Shown here piece after piece: positions 38,784 through 47,043 of a stretch of DNA of 64,000 nt. The stretch lies in the IMG/VR virus record IMGVR_UViG_3300033068_001747. One strand, given 5' to 3'. Both the position numbers and the translations under genes were made by a program. Every line of letters begins with the position of its first letter. Position 1 is the first letter of the stretch. The notes under the pieces are model-generated. The model had not been told where the DNA came from and ran no database searches. It saw only the letters and a program-made list of their open reading frames with translations. The DNA is from a virus. Taxonomy: Duplodnaviria; Caudoviricetes.

Positions 38784-39911
38784 TTATTCTTTTTTAGAAC
38801 TATAGTTCTCGTTATAAATTCTAATAACCTCATCATACTCAGTTACTACTCCTTCTCTAAAAGTATCATTTTCATACTTTTGTTTGTTTATATACTCTTT
38901 TATATAATCAGCATAGTCAAGTTGTATAGAAATGTCTAATTTTTCTTCATCAAAATTTTCATCAGGTGTAGTATCAACCGCTTCATCAACTTTAGTAACT
39001 ATATCATCAATATAATCAACTGATGCGAATCCACTATTTTCTAATAAAACTTCTAATTTTCTTCTTAGTTTTCTATTACTAATAAGCAAATTGTTTGAAA
39101 TAGATAAATCAATATAATCCTTTGAATTTCTTAAACTATCTAGCCTCTCAACATCATTCTCATCAATAACATTGAATTTCTTAAATACTGGAGATACTTT
39201 ATTTTCTATAAATTCTTCTTCTTCGTTTTCAACATCTATTACGAATATTCCTTTTTGATCATTATAATCATTTCTATCCATTTGAAATATAGAACCAACA
39301 AATGTAAAATTTTGTTCACGTTGAACTATATGATAATGACCAGAATAAACTTTTCTAAAGCCTTTAAAGTCCTCAATATCAATCTTATCTGCGTTTCTAT
39401 GACCGGCCGATGTAAGATGTAATTTTGCACCATTTAAGTCAGAATGACAAAATAAATATTCACAATCTTTATTATTATTAATAATAGAAATTTGTTCCTT
39501 TCGATTGTCAATATACGGAACCATTAGTATATTAATTCCTTCAAATTGAATTTTAGTTGGAGTATCATAAATAAATATATTATCAATATGTTTAAATGGT
39601 CTAACAGAGTTTATTTCACCGGTACTTTTTGAATAAAGATCATGATTACCAATAATTATATGAAAAGGTGCAATTTTACTAATTTCCTCAACAATATCTA
39701 ATGTATAATTCATTAAATTTATAGGAATAACATTTCTATTGTCAAATAAATCACCTAAGTGTACTATAATATCACCTGGTTGCACTCTACTTTTAAGTAA
39801 TGGTATTAAAAAATCACTAAAATATTCTCTATGTACTTTAAACCATTTATCTGCATTATTGGGGTAACCTAACCCAATATGGGTGTCACCAATTAAAAAA
39901 ATTTTACTCAT
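38784..39911 (-). CDS. gp47: Recombination nuclease, T4 gp47 / SbcD-Mre11 family
   Basis: GDTHIG, LGDLFDNR, IGNHD, SGHYH metallophosphoesterase motifs. Confidence 0.9.
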   Translation of the reverse strand: MSKIFLIGDTHIGLGYPNNADKWFKVHREYFSDFLIPLLKSRVQPGDIIVHLGDLFDNRNVIPINLMNYTLDIVEEISKIAPFHIIIGNHDLYSKSTGEINSVRPFKHIDNIFIYDTPTKIQFEGINILMVPYIDNRKEQISIINNNKDCEYLFCHSDLNGAKLHLTSAGHRNADKIDIEDFKGFRKVYSGHYHIVQREQNFTFVGSIFQMDRNDYNDQKGIFVIDVENEEEEFIENKVSPVFKKFNVIDENDVERLDSLRNSKDYIDLSISNNLLISNRKLRRKLEVLLENSGFASVDYIDDIVTKVDEAVDTTPDENFDEEKLDISIQLDYADYIKEYINKQKYENDTFREGVVTEYDEVIRIYNENYSSKKE

Positions 39912-39996
39912 ATGTATAAGGACACTATATAATTTTTATATATAGTATAAATATTATAGTTAAAAAAAAATAAATGTTTATGATAAAATATGATAA

Positions 39997-40158
39997 AAAC
40001 TTTGTGTACTATCTATAGAAGAATTGACTAATAAAATTGATTCTGGATTAAATATATTAGAGGTTGCAGAAATATTTGAGTGTCATTGGAGAAAGATATA
40101 TAATTGTTGTAAAAAGAATAGTATTCAATATAAAAAGGGATTTTTCAAAGGAGTATAA
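39997..40158 (+). pseudogene. HTH-coding remnant with no in-frame ATG
   Basis: IEELTNKIDSGLNILEVAEIFECHWRKIYNCCKKNSI; only a TTG start is possible. Confidence 0.4.
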
Positions 40159-40273
40159 TATAGAAAAAAATCATTTTTTTATTATAATATATAGATATAG
40201 AGAATACAGAAAAATAAATATATAATTTAATAATTTGTTATTCAAGTTAAACAAAAAATAATGAAAAAAAGAC

Positions 40274-40897
40274 ATGCCATTACCTCACTTTACCCAGTTA
40301 CAAGGAGTAGGTTCACCTGGGGGACCGGGTACACTACCAGATGAAGTAGTATACTTAAACCTATTTGAGATAACATTTATATTACCTGTTATCTTACAAG
40401 CACAAGGTAGAGACCCAATCTTGTTGTTACAAAATGCAACTAAAATTTCTTTAAACTTAACAGAGTTTGAAGGTGTTGGTACTAAACAACAAAGATTCAA
40501 ATACTCTACAAGAGAGTTTGTTACAACTCCTACCAAAACTTCTGGTACGATTGCAATTCCTATTCAAGTAAATGTTAATCAACAAGGATCTATGGAGAAT
40601 TGGAATACTATGAAAGCTTGGTATGATTTAGTATTTAACTCACAAAATGGTGCTCTTCACTATAAAAGTGATATTATTGGTACTATTATTGTTAATCAAC
40701 ACGATAAAAAAGGTGTTGTTTTAAGAAGAGTAACATTCCAAAACTGTCAAATAACTAAATTACAAGGTTATGATCTAGACTGGTCAGCAAATAACATCAT
40801 TGAAACTGTGTTAGCAGATTTCACATATGATTACTTCATTGACGAGTACATTGATAATAACTTTACAATCAACCCACCGTTGGTTTCAGGTTACTAA
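40274..40897 (+). CDS. gp19: Tail tube protein, gp19-like
   Basis: NLFEITF, MKAWYDLVFN..NG, YK, LDW, FTYDYF; near the sheath gene. Confidence 0.8.
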   Translation: MPLPHFTQLQGVGSPGGPGTLPDEVVYLNLFEITFILPVILQAQGRDPILLLQNATKISLNLTEFEGVGTKQQRFKYSTREFVTTPTKTSGTIAIPIQVNVNQQGSMENWNTMKAWYDLVFNSQNGALHYKSDIIGTIIVNQHDKKGVVLRRVTFQNCQITKLQGYDLDWSANNIIETVLADFTYDYFIDEYIDNNFTINPPLVSGY

Positions 40898-40915
40898 TAA
40901 CAACTATACAAAAAC

Positions 40916-40944
40916 AAAAAACTCATCTTTCGATGAGTTTTTTT
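40916..40944. terminator. Bidirectional terminator
   Basis: AAAAACTCATC-tttc-GATGAGTTTTT. Confidence 0.85.
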
Positions 40945-41037
40945 ATTTAAAGTAACAATGAGTGGAAACCCTCATCTGAACAACTACTAGTCTTGGTAAG
41001 CTGTTACCTCACCAACTAACTAATAACTGGTTTTACT

Positions 41038-41292
41038 TTAGAATTTTGGCATTTGCATATTGTTTGTCATATTTTGTGCATTTCGCATCATTGAACTTGT
41101 ATCCGGCATTGAACCTCTCTGAGATTCTTCTTCTTTCTTCTTATTACTATCTTCTTCTTCAAGAATTTCATTAACTAATTTAATATTTTCTTCAAGCATC
41201 CAAAATGGCCATAAATCCATTGCAGCTTCTTGTGTATGGAAGTGTTTCTGAAGTAATAATTTATTCTTTAATATATGCTTCAAAGGCATCAT
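41038..41292 (-). CDS. Small baseplate-hub/tail assembly protein (gp51-like)
   Basis: LQKHFH...MDLWPFWMLEENIKL..E pattern directly after the gp26-like gene; start uncertain. Confidence 0.5.
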   Translation of the reverse strand: MMPLKHILKNKLLLQKHFHTQEAAMDLWPFWMLEENIKLVNEILEEEDSNKKKEEESQRGSMPDTSSMMRNAQNMTNNMQMPKF

Positions 41293-42205
41293 GAATAACG
41301 AAAATACCTGACGTTCCGTTGGGAAATTGCATGTCTGTGGTAACCTCCTCACCACAACTACAAACTTTACCTAATTTTTCAATTCCGAATGTCATTTTAC
41401 CAATCGCAGCGTTTAAGAACTGGAATGAAATATCATCCATTTGTTCAAACTCTGTAAGTTTAGCTTTAATACCATCCATTGTAATAGATGTTCTTCCATT
41501 TAACATAAAAGGAATAATCTTTAAGAATGATAAGTTAGGAGCTTTCTTTTCATTATTTTCTTTAATGATATAATCAGTAAATGCTTTTTGTAATCCAATA
41601 TTTGGTGGTGTAACTTCAAATTGATGACCATTGATAGTCTTAAACGAGAATGAATTTGATGCAGGAGAATAAAATCTGTCTAACTTCTCATCTATTTTAT
41701 GAAATCTAAAGTTCTCTCTTTTTAGTTCAATTGCAACATCTTGACCACAAGTACATTTTGCATTAGCAGATAATGAATTACCTTGTTGGAATGTCAATTC
41801 TCTAATTAAGAAAATTAAATAGATTCTATCTTGGTCTTTTACTTCTAAGAAGGATCCTACTCTACCATCAGTATATTTAATTCTAACACATGCTTGTAAC
41901 ATATCATTCATTTTCTCAACAACATCATAAAAGTTATTATCATCAACCATTGAATAAGCTTGAATTTCTCTAACTTGTGCCGCTCTAACCATAAACATAG
42001 TTCCAACAGGATAGAATTTCCCACAAGGAAAGTCTCTAACATCAAAAGTTAAATACTGTAGATCACTTGTTCGATTACTTTCAATAACAGGTTCTACCAC
42101 GTTATCAGTAAATGTATTTTGAGTATTTTTTTTACCAGCTTCTAAATCACCTAAGTGTCTCATTAAGTAATCTTCTTCACTCATATCTTTATTTTTATCC
42201 GACAT
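41261..42205 (-). CDS. Baseplate hub / tail assembly protein, gp26-like
   Basis: PCGKFYP, DRIYLIFLIRELTF, CTCG and CSCG; downstream of sheath. Confidence 0.6.
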   Translation of the reverse strand: MSDKNKDMSEEDYLMRHLGDLEAGKKNTQNTFTDNVVEPVIESNRTSDLQYLTFDVRDFPCGKFYPVGTMFMVRAAQVREIQAYSMVDDNNFYDVVEKMNDMLQACVRIKYTDGRVGSFLEVKDQDRIYLIFLIRELTFQQGNSLSANAKCTCGQDVAIELKRENFRFHKIDEKLDRFYSPASNSFSFKTINGHQFEVTPPNIGLQKAFTDYIIKENNEKKAPNLSFLKIIPFMLNGRTSITMDGIKAKLTEFEQMDDISFQFLNAAIGKMTFGIEKLGKVCSCGEEVTTDMQFPNGTSGIFVIHDAFEAYIKE

Positions 42206-42286
42206 AATTTAATTATTATTTTTTATTATATATTGACATAATCAATGTCTCTATTATATTAAATAATAACAATTTGGTTTAAAATA

Positions 42287-42317
42287 AAAAAAACCCTATA
42301 TTTCTATAGGGTTTTTA
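42287..42317 (-). terminator. Intrinsic terminator after tail sheath
   Basis: AAAAACCCTATA/TATAGGGTTTTT. Confidence 0.8.
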
Positions 42318-42333
42318 TTATTTATTTAAGTGA

Positions 42334-45300
42334 TTATGCGTTGATGAAACCACCAGCAGCAATAGCACCAGTTCTTAAAATTGTAACATTATTTACAATG
42401 ATACCCATACCTTTGATTGGCTCTACATAAGTATCAAGAACTCCAATTTGACTATCGATAATATCAACAGTATTATTCTCATCATCCATTTTGTTGAAGT
42501 AGTTATATAAACCATTTTTGTTTACATAAGTTTCACAAATAACGTCAGCTCTTAATTTAATTTCAGCTCTAACATCAGGAGTATTGAATTTCCATTGGTA
42601 ATCAAGTAACATAGCAGCAAGTTCTCTTTCTAACTCAACTAATACTTCTCTCACGTGGATTAAAGATAATGCTGATTTATAGATAGTCAATGCAGTGTTT
42701 TCAGTCTCAATTACATATCCTCTGTTTCTTTTCAATACAATTGGATTCATTTGTGCACCATTTAAGAATTCAATATCAGTTGGATTGAAATCGTGTTCAA
42801 CACCAGCAATATTAGTAACTCTACCATTTGTAACACCAGCAGCAATTGTCCAAGGTGTAACAGAACTCACAATAGAAGTATGTTTTCTCATATAAGTTGT
42901 CGCAACATATGCAGCAGGTGGGAAATCTAATGGTCTACCATTATCATTTACTGTTACATAAGGAGTGAAATAACCTACTGATGATACTCCATTTCCATCA
43001 CCGAATGAGTAAAGGAATGCAGGATTACTTTCTGGATCACCACCTTTAGCAATAAATTCAGCTTGTAATACACCCTCAGAGTTTACGAAACTTGGAGAAG
43101 ATGAATTCTTGAATGATTTTAATGATGGCATATTGATGAAACCAAATACATTTAATCTCTCACCACAAATATCTACTAATTGTTGTTTTGATCTTTCTGT
43201 TAAACCTAAACCAAATCCGTCAACTAAATATCTAAAGTCAAATGCTTCTTTATTGACTAAAGATTTGAACAATGGTGTTCCTTTTGCAACCAAGTTTAAG
43301 ATTTGATTTTGTTTAGTTTCTGTACCATCAGGTAAAGAAGCTTGTCTAATTCTAAATCCTTTTAATGCAATACCTTTATAAGTAGTTGCATACTGATCAA
43401 CTGATGAATATCTTGTTGTTTGATAATCTAAGGCACCTGTTTCAGTATTAGTGTAAGGTGTTTTTAAGATTTTAGCATCACAAGTAATTTCAGCTAAACT
43501 TGTATCACCAGCATATTGTCTCTTGCTTAAGATTCTTGTATAATTTCTCATAAATGTTTGTCCTGGAGAAGCAGTAAAATCACTATTATCTGCCAATAAG
43601 AAATCACCAACTTTTACTTCAGTATATCTTGAACCATTTACTAAAATTTTATTAGGTACTTCAGTATATCCAGAAGGTCTTTCAATTTCAACTGTTTGTT
43701 TTAAATTAGCCAATTGAGATTGGACATTTAATTTATAGTTAGCAATTGTCTGAATTTCATTAGTCGAAACTAATTCAGAGTCTTTAAAACCAACTTCTAA
43801 ATTACCATCTAAATCTATAAACATTTGTAAGTAAGATTTCATTGCAGCATTTTCTAATGTATTGTACATAACTGTCACATTAGATAATTGCTCATAAGTA
43901 ACATTTTGAGAAACTGGATAAGCAAAACAGAATCCATTATCAAATCCTAAAGCATCAGCCAATTCAGCAGGACTTAGTGCAGGGTTTGGAGTATCTTGAC
44001 TTACTGTTAAAGCAGTAGTATTATTTACTGATTCAGGAAATAATATTTGATCTAAATCTTGTAAGTCTAAACTTGTCGAAGCAGTGTCTGCATCAATACT
44101 AGGTGTTTCAAACACAACATAATTATATCCAGCGTAAGGACTATTAAGATTGACTATTGTAGGATCAGGAGTAGCTTCACCATTTACAAATGTAACATTT
44201 ATAGTAGTCGTAGTACCAGTCTGAGCATCATAAAAATCATTTAAAGTATCGTTAGCAGCAGTAGTGTATAATCTATTTGAATAGAAATAATCACCATCAT
44301 TGATTAAACCATTATAGTATTTTTGGTAGAATGTTGAATATTTACCAACTACACCATCACTACTATTAGCTACACCATCTTGAGTAAATAACTTCTCACT
44401 ACCAAGGATAAACTCATTATCTACTTGATAGATTTTTAAAACACCACCATTTGGTCCAGAGATATAAGAAACGTCAGATAATCCAGTTTTTAATACTAAA
44501 GATTTATTTTGTGTTGCAGAAGTTACTACTTCAGTAACTGTCATAGTAGACAAGCTTTTCTTAGTACCAACACCATCAATAATCATTGTTCCTTGATCCT
44601 TATAAACTCCTAAGAATTCTTTAATCTTATTAAACATTTTGATTTTTCTCCATTGTTGATAGTTCTTAACATCAGAACCCGCAGTTCCCCAGAATGTCAA
44701 TCTAACATCACCTTGAGAATAACCAACAGTATTACTTAAATCCTCTACATAATAATCATGCACTAATGAATTAGTACCATAAGTAAAATCTAGATACGGA
44801 TGAACACCTTCTATATAAACACCATCAACATAACCAGAATCAACATATTCAATTAAATCTTCGTCTGGACTTATACAAACTCCGGTAAATGATGCAGTAC
44901 CAAAGAATGCTTGTTCTAGAACATTATATGTAATATAACCTAATACTAAATCAGATGATGCTACAGTAGGTAAAACATTATTTGCATAACTTGTAACACT
45001 TGAGATAACACCACTAGTATTTACTGTAAAAACAGTTGAATAAGTTGCCACTGAAGTTAAATATTTAAAATCAATTGATTTTACATTAAATGAATAAGTA
45101 CCTGCTGTTATAGGAACATATTGTCCACCAATAACCGCATAAGGATCAAAACTATCTATTGTACCTGCAAAATATTTAACATTCAATATAGACTGAGTAC
45201 CAGAACCTGTTATTGTATGATTATTATTCCCATGAATATCAGCAGTTTCACCAGTAGCAGTTTTAACATTTAGCAAAGCACCTTCAGTAAACCAAGCTGT

Positions 45301-46452
45301 TCTATATTGAGGTAATGAAACAATACCTGAAGTTTTTGGAGAACCAAATGCGTGACCATCTTGCTCAGCCAATCCATTAGTATCATTTGATGCAGTACCA
45401 AATAATGCCACAACATTTCCTGGTAAATCCAAAGGAGTTGCAGTAAACGGTACAGATTCAACAATAGTTTCTTTATATGATAAGAAATCAATTTCTTTTT
45501 GTTCAGAATCAACTAAAGTACCACCAATAAGGTCAACTAAACCAGTGTAGTAATCTTCTTCTACTAAGTCTGCATTAAATGCACAGTATAAACCAGTTGT
45601 ATCAGTACCTCTGTTTATTGTTGTTTCAATGAATATATTTCTTCCTTCTAAATCTCTAAAGTAAGGAATTAATGATAATCCTTCGTAGTATGCTAACAAA
45701 GTAACATTTCTGTCATTTGCAAAATTTCTCAATTGCTCTTTAATTAAACCATCAGAATTAAAATATTGACCCCATCTGTTATCAACCGCCAAGTTTTTGT
45801 AATCTGACCAGTCACCTGCGATCACAACAACATCAACCATATAATCAGATGCGTAATCTGATGCGTTAACGTAAGGTGGCATTTTTTCAACAGAACCATA
45901 CCATTCAAGTAATGTTCTATCAAATCCAGTAACTTGTGTTTTAATTGCAAATACTGTAATGTATCTGTCTGACAAGTTAGTAAAGCTTAAAGCTCTTTCT
46001 GAATAACCAGCGTTATTTTTTGTTAGATTAATGAAAGCCTCAGTATCTCTCTTCCAGAAACCAGTTGTATCAAAGAATCTTCTGTAAGGACCTTCTCTCT
46101 TAATATCATTAAGATTGTGTGCAGAAGAAGATAATGATTTATACTCAATAACATCTAATGTATCATCTGTCAACAATAAATTCATTGCATAAACAGGAGA
46201 TGATTCTAACATTTTTGAAACAGTTCTGTGGAAAAAAGATCCTTTTCTTTCCAAGTTTCTATCTAATTGACCATAAACCGTTTCTAAATCATTAACAGTT
46301 GTTAATCTAATCGGTGTATTAACAGGTCCTTTTTTAGAAACTCCTATTACAAGGTTAGTTATTCCTTCTACAGTAGGTGTGCTGAATACTGACTTGTCAA
46401 TTTCTTCGATGAAGATACCAGGTCTTTTGTATTTTCCAATTTGAATTGCCAT
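42334..46452 (-). CDS. gp18: Contractile tail sheath protein with large internal insertion
   Basis: RPGIFIEEID, GVSKKGPVNTP, PPAAYVA, PWTIAAG..NG, IHVRE.L and FN...R motifs. Confidence 0.92.
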   Translation of the reverse strand: MAIQIGKYKRPGIFIEEIDKSVFSTPTVEGITNLVIGVSKKGPVNTPIRLTTVNDLETVYGQLDRNLERKGSFFHRTVSKMLESSPVYAMNLLLTDDTLDVIEYKSLSSSAHNLNDIKREGPYRRFFDTTGFWKRDTEAFINLTKNNAGYSERALSFTNLSDRYITVFAIKTQVTGFDRTLLEWYGSVEKMPPYVNASDYASDYMVDVVVIAGDWSDYKNLAVDNRWGQYFNSDGLIKEQLRNFANDRNVTLLAYYEGLSLIPYFRDLEGRNIFIETTINRGTDTTGLYCAFNADLVEEDYYTGLVDLIGGTLVDSEQKEIDFLSYKETIVESVPFTATPLDLPGNVVALFGTASNDTNGLAEQDGHAFGSPKTSGIVSLPQYRTAWFTEGALLNVKTATGETADIHGNNNHTITGSGTQSILNVKYFAGTIDSFDPYAVIGGQYVPITAGTYSFNVKSIDFKYLTSVATYSTVFTVNTSGVISSVTSYANNVLPTVASSDLVLGYITYNVLEQAFFGTASFTGVCISPDEDLIEYVDSGYVDGVYIEGVHPYLDFTYGTNSLVHDYYVEDLSNTVGYSQGDVRLTFWGTAGSDVKNYQQWRKIKMFNKIKEFLGVYKDQGTMIIDGVGTKKSLSTMTVTEVVTSATQNKSLVLKTGLSDVSYISGPNGGVLKIYQVDNEFILGSEKLFTQDGVANSSDGVVGKYSTFYQKYYNGLINDGDYFYSNRLYTTAANDTLNDFYDAQTGTTTTINVTFVNGEATPDPTIVNLNSPYAGYNYVVFETPSIDADTASTSLDLQDLDQILFPESVNNTTALTVSQDTPNPALSPAELADALGFDNGFCFAYPVSQNVTYEQLSNVTVMYNTLENAAMKSYLQMFIDLDGNLEVGFKDSELVSTNEIQTIANYKLNVQSQLANLKQTVEIERPSGYTEVPNKILVNGSRYTEVKVGDFLLADNSDFTASPGQTFMRNYTRILSKRQYAGDTSLAEITCDAKILKTPYTNTETGALDYQTTRYSSVDQYATTYKGIALKGFRIRQASLPDGTETKQNQILNLVAKGTPLFKSLVNKEAFDFRYLVDGFGLGLTERSKQQLVDICGERLNVFGFINMPSLKSFKNSSSPSFVNSEGVLQAEFIAKGGDPESNPAFLYSFGDGNGVSSVGYFTPYVTVNDNGRPLDFPPAAYVATTYMRKHTSIVSSVTPWTIAAGVTNGRVTNIAGVEHDFNPTDIEFLNGAQMNPIVLKRNRGYVIETENTALTIYKSALSLIHVREVLVELERELAAMLLDYQWKFNTPDVRAEIKLRADVICETYVNKNGLYNYFNKMDDENNTVDIIDSQIGVLDTYVEPIKGMGIIVNNVTILRTGAIAAGGFINA

Positions 46453-46481
46453 ATTTTTTATTTTAATTTTTTAGTTTAATG

Positions 46482-46491
46482 TATATATTAA
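46482..46491 (-). promoter_or_regulatory. Putative late promoter TTAATATATA upstream of sheath
   Basis: Recurrent motif. Confidence 0.7.
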
Positions 46492-46512
46492 AAGAAAAAA
46501 ATCATATTTTCT

Positions 46513-47043
46513 CTATTTTTGATTAACATTAGATATTTTTGTGATATTTTCCTTCATATCCTTTTCTATTCTCGCCAAATTATCTTTGTGTTTCTTCTCT
46601 GCAAATGTAAAATCAGTTTGTGTTTTAGTAACTTTCTTCAATAACTCTTGAATTTTCACATTGACTGCTTGTTTCGTAGTAGCATCTGTAGATAACTTTA
46701 ATTCCTCTTGATAATTTTTATTTTCTTGATCCATTTTTAACAAATCACTTTGCATTCTAGCCAAAGTTGAATATTCCACAAGAAATGGATTTCGATCTGG
46801 TCCGTTTTGAACTGCTTGATCTCCTAATATTCTAACTAATTCTCTTTCAAGTTGAACAGAATCTTTAATATTCTTATAAGCATTATCAATCTGAGGTCGT
46901 TTAGTTTTATAATCAGCTAGTTGTTTACTAAGATTTTCCATACTTTGTTTATTCATCTTAATATCAACTGGATCAGTTTCTTCAACCGGTATAGCAATAC
47001 CATCTGCTTCTAAAAATAATTTATAATTTTTTAAATGTTTCAT
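46513..47043 (-). CDS. Coiled-coil protein with MKHLKNYKLFLEA tag
   Basis: Shared N-terminal motif. Confidence 0.7.
   Translation of the reverse strand: MKHLKNYKLFLEADGIAIPVEETDPVDIKMNKQSMENLSKQLADYKTKRPQIDNAYKNIKDSVQLERELVRILGDQAVQNGPDRNPFLVEYSTLARMQSDLLKMDQENKNYQEELKLSTDATTKQAVNVKIQELLKKVTKTQTDFTFAEKKHKDNLARIEKDMKENITKISNVNQK

Noticed and set aside
40952-41018. Hammerhead ribozyme or c-di-GMP riboswitch
   Set aside because: Lacks the CUGAnGA/GAAA core arrangement; the resemblance to c-di-GMP-II is only a few bases. Kept as an unassigned structure.
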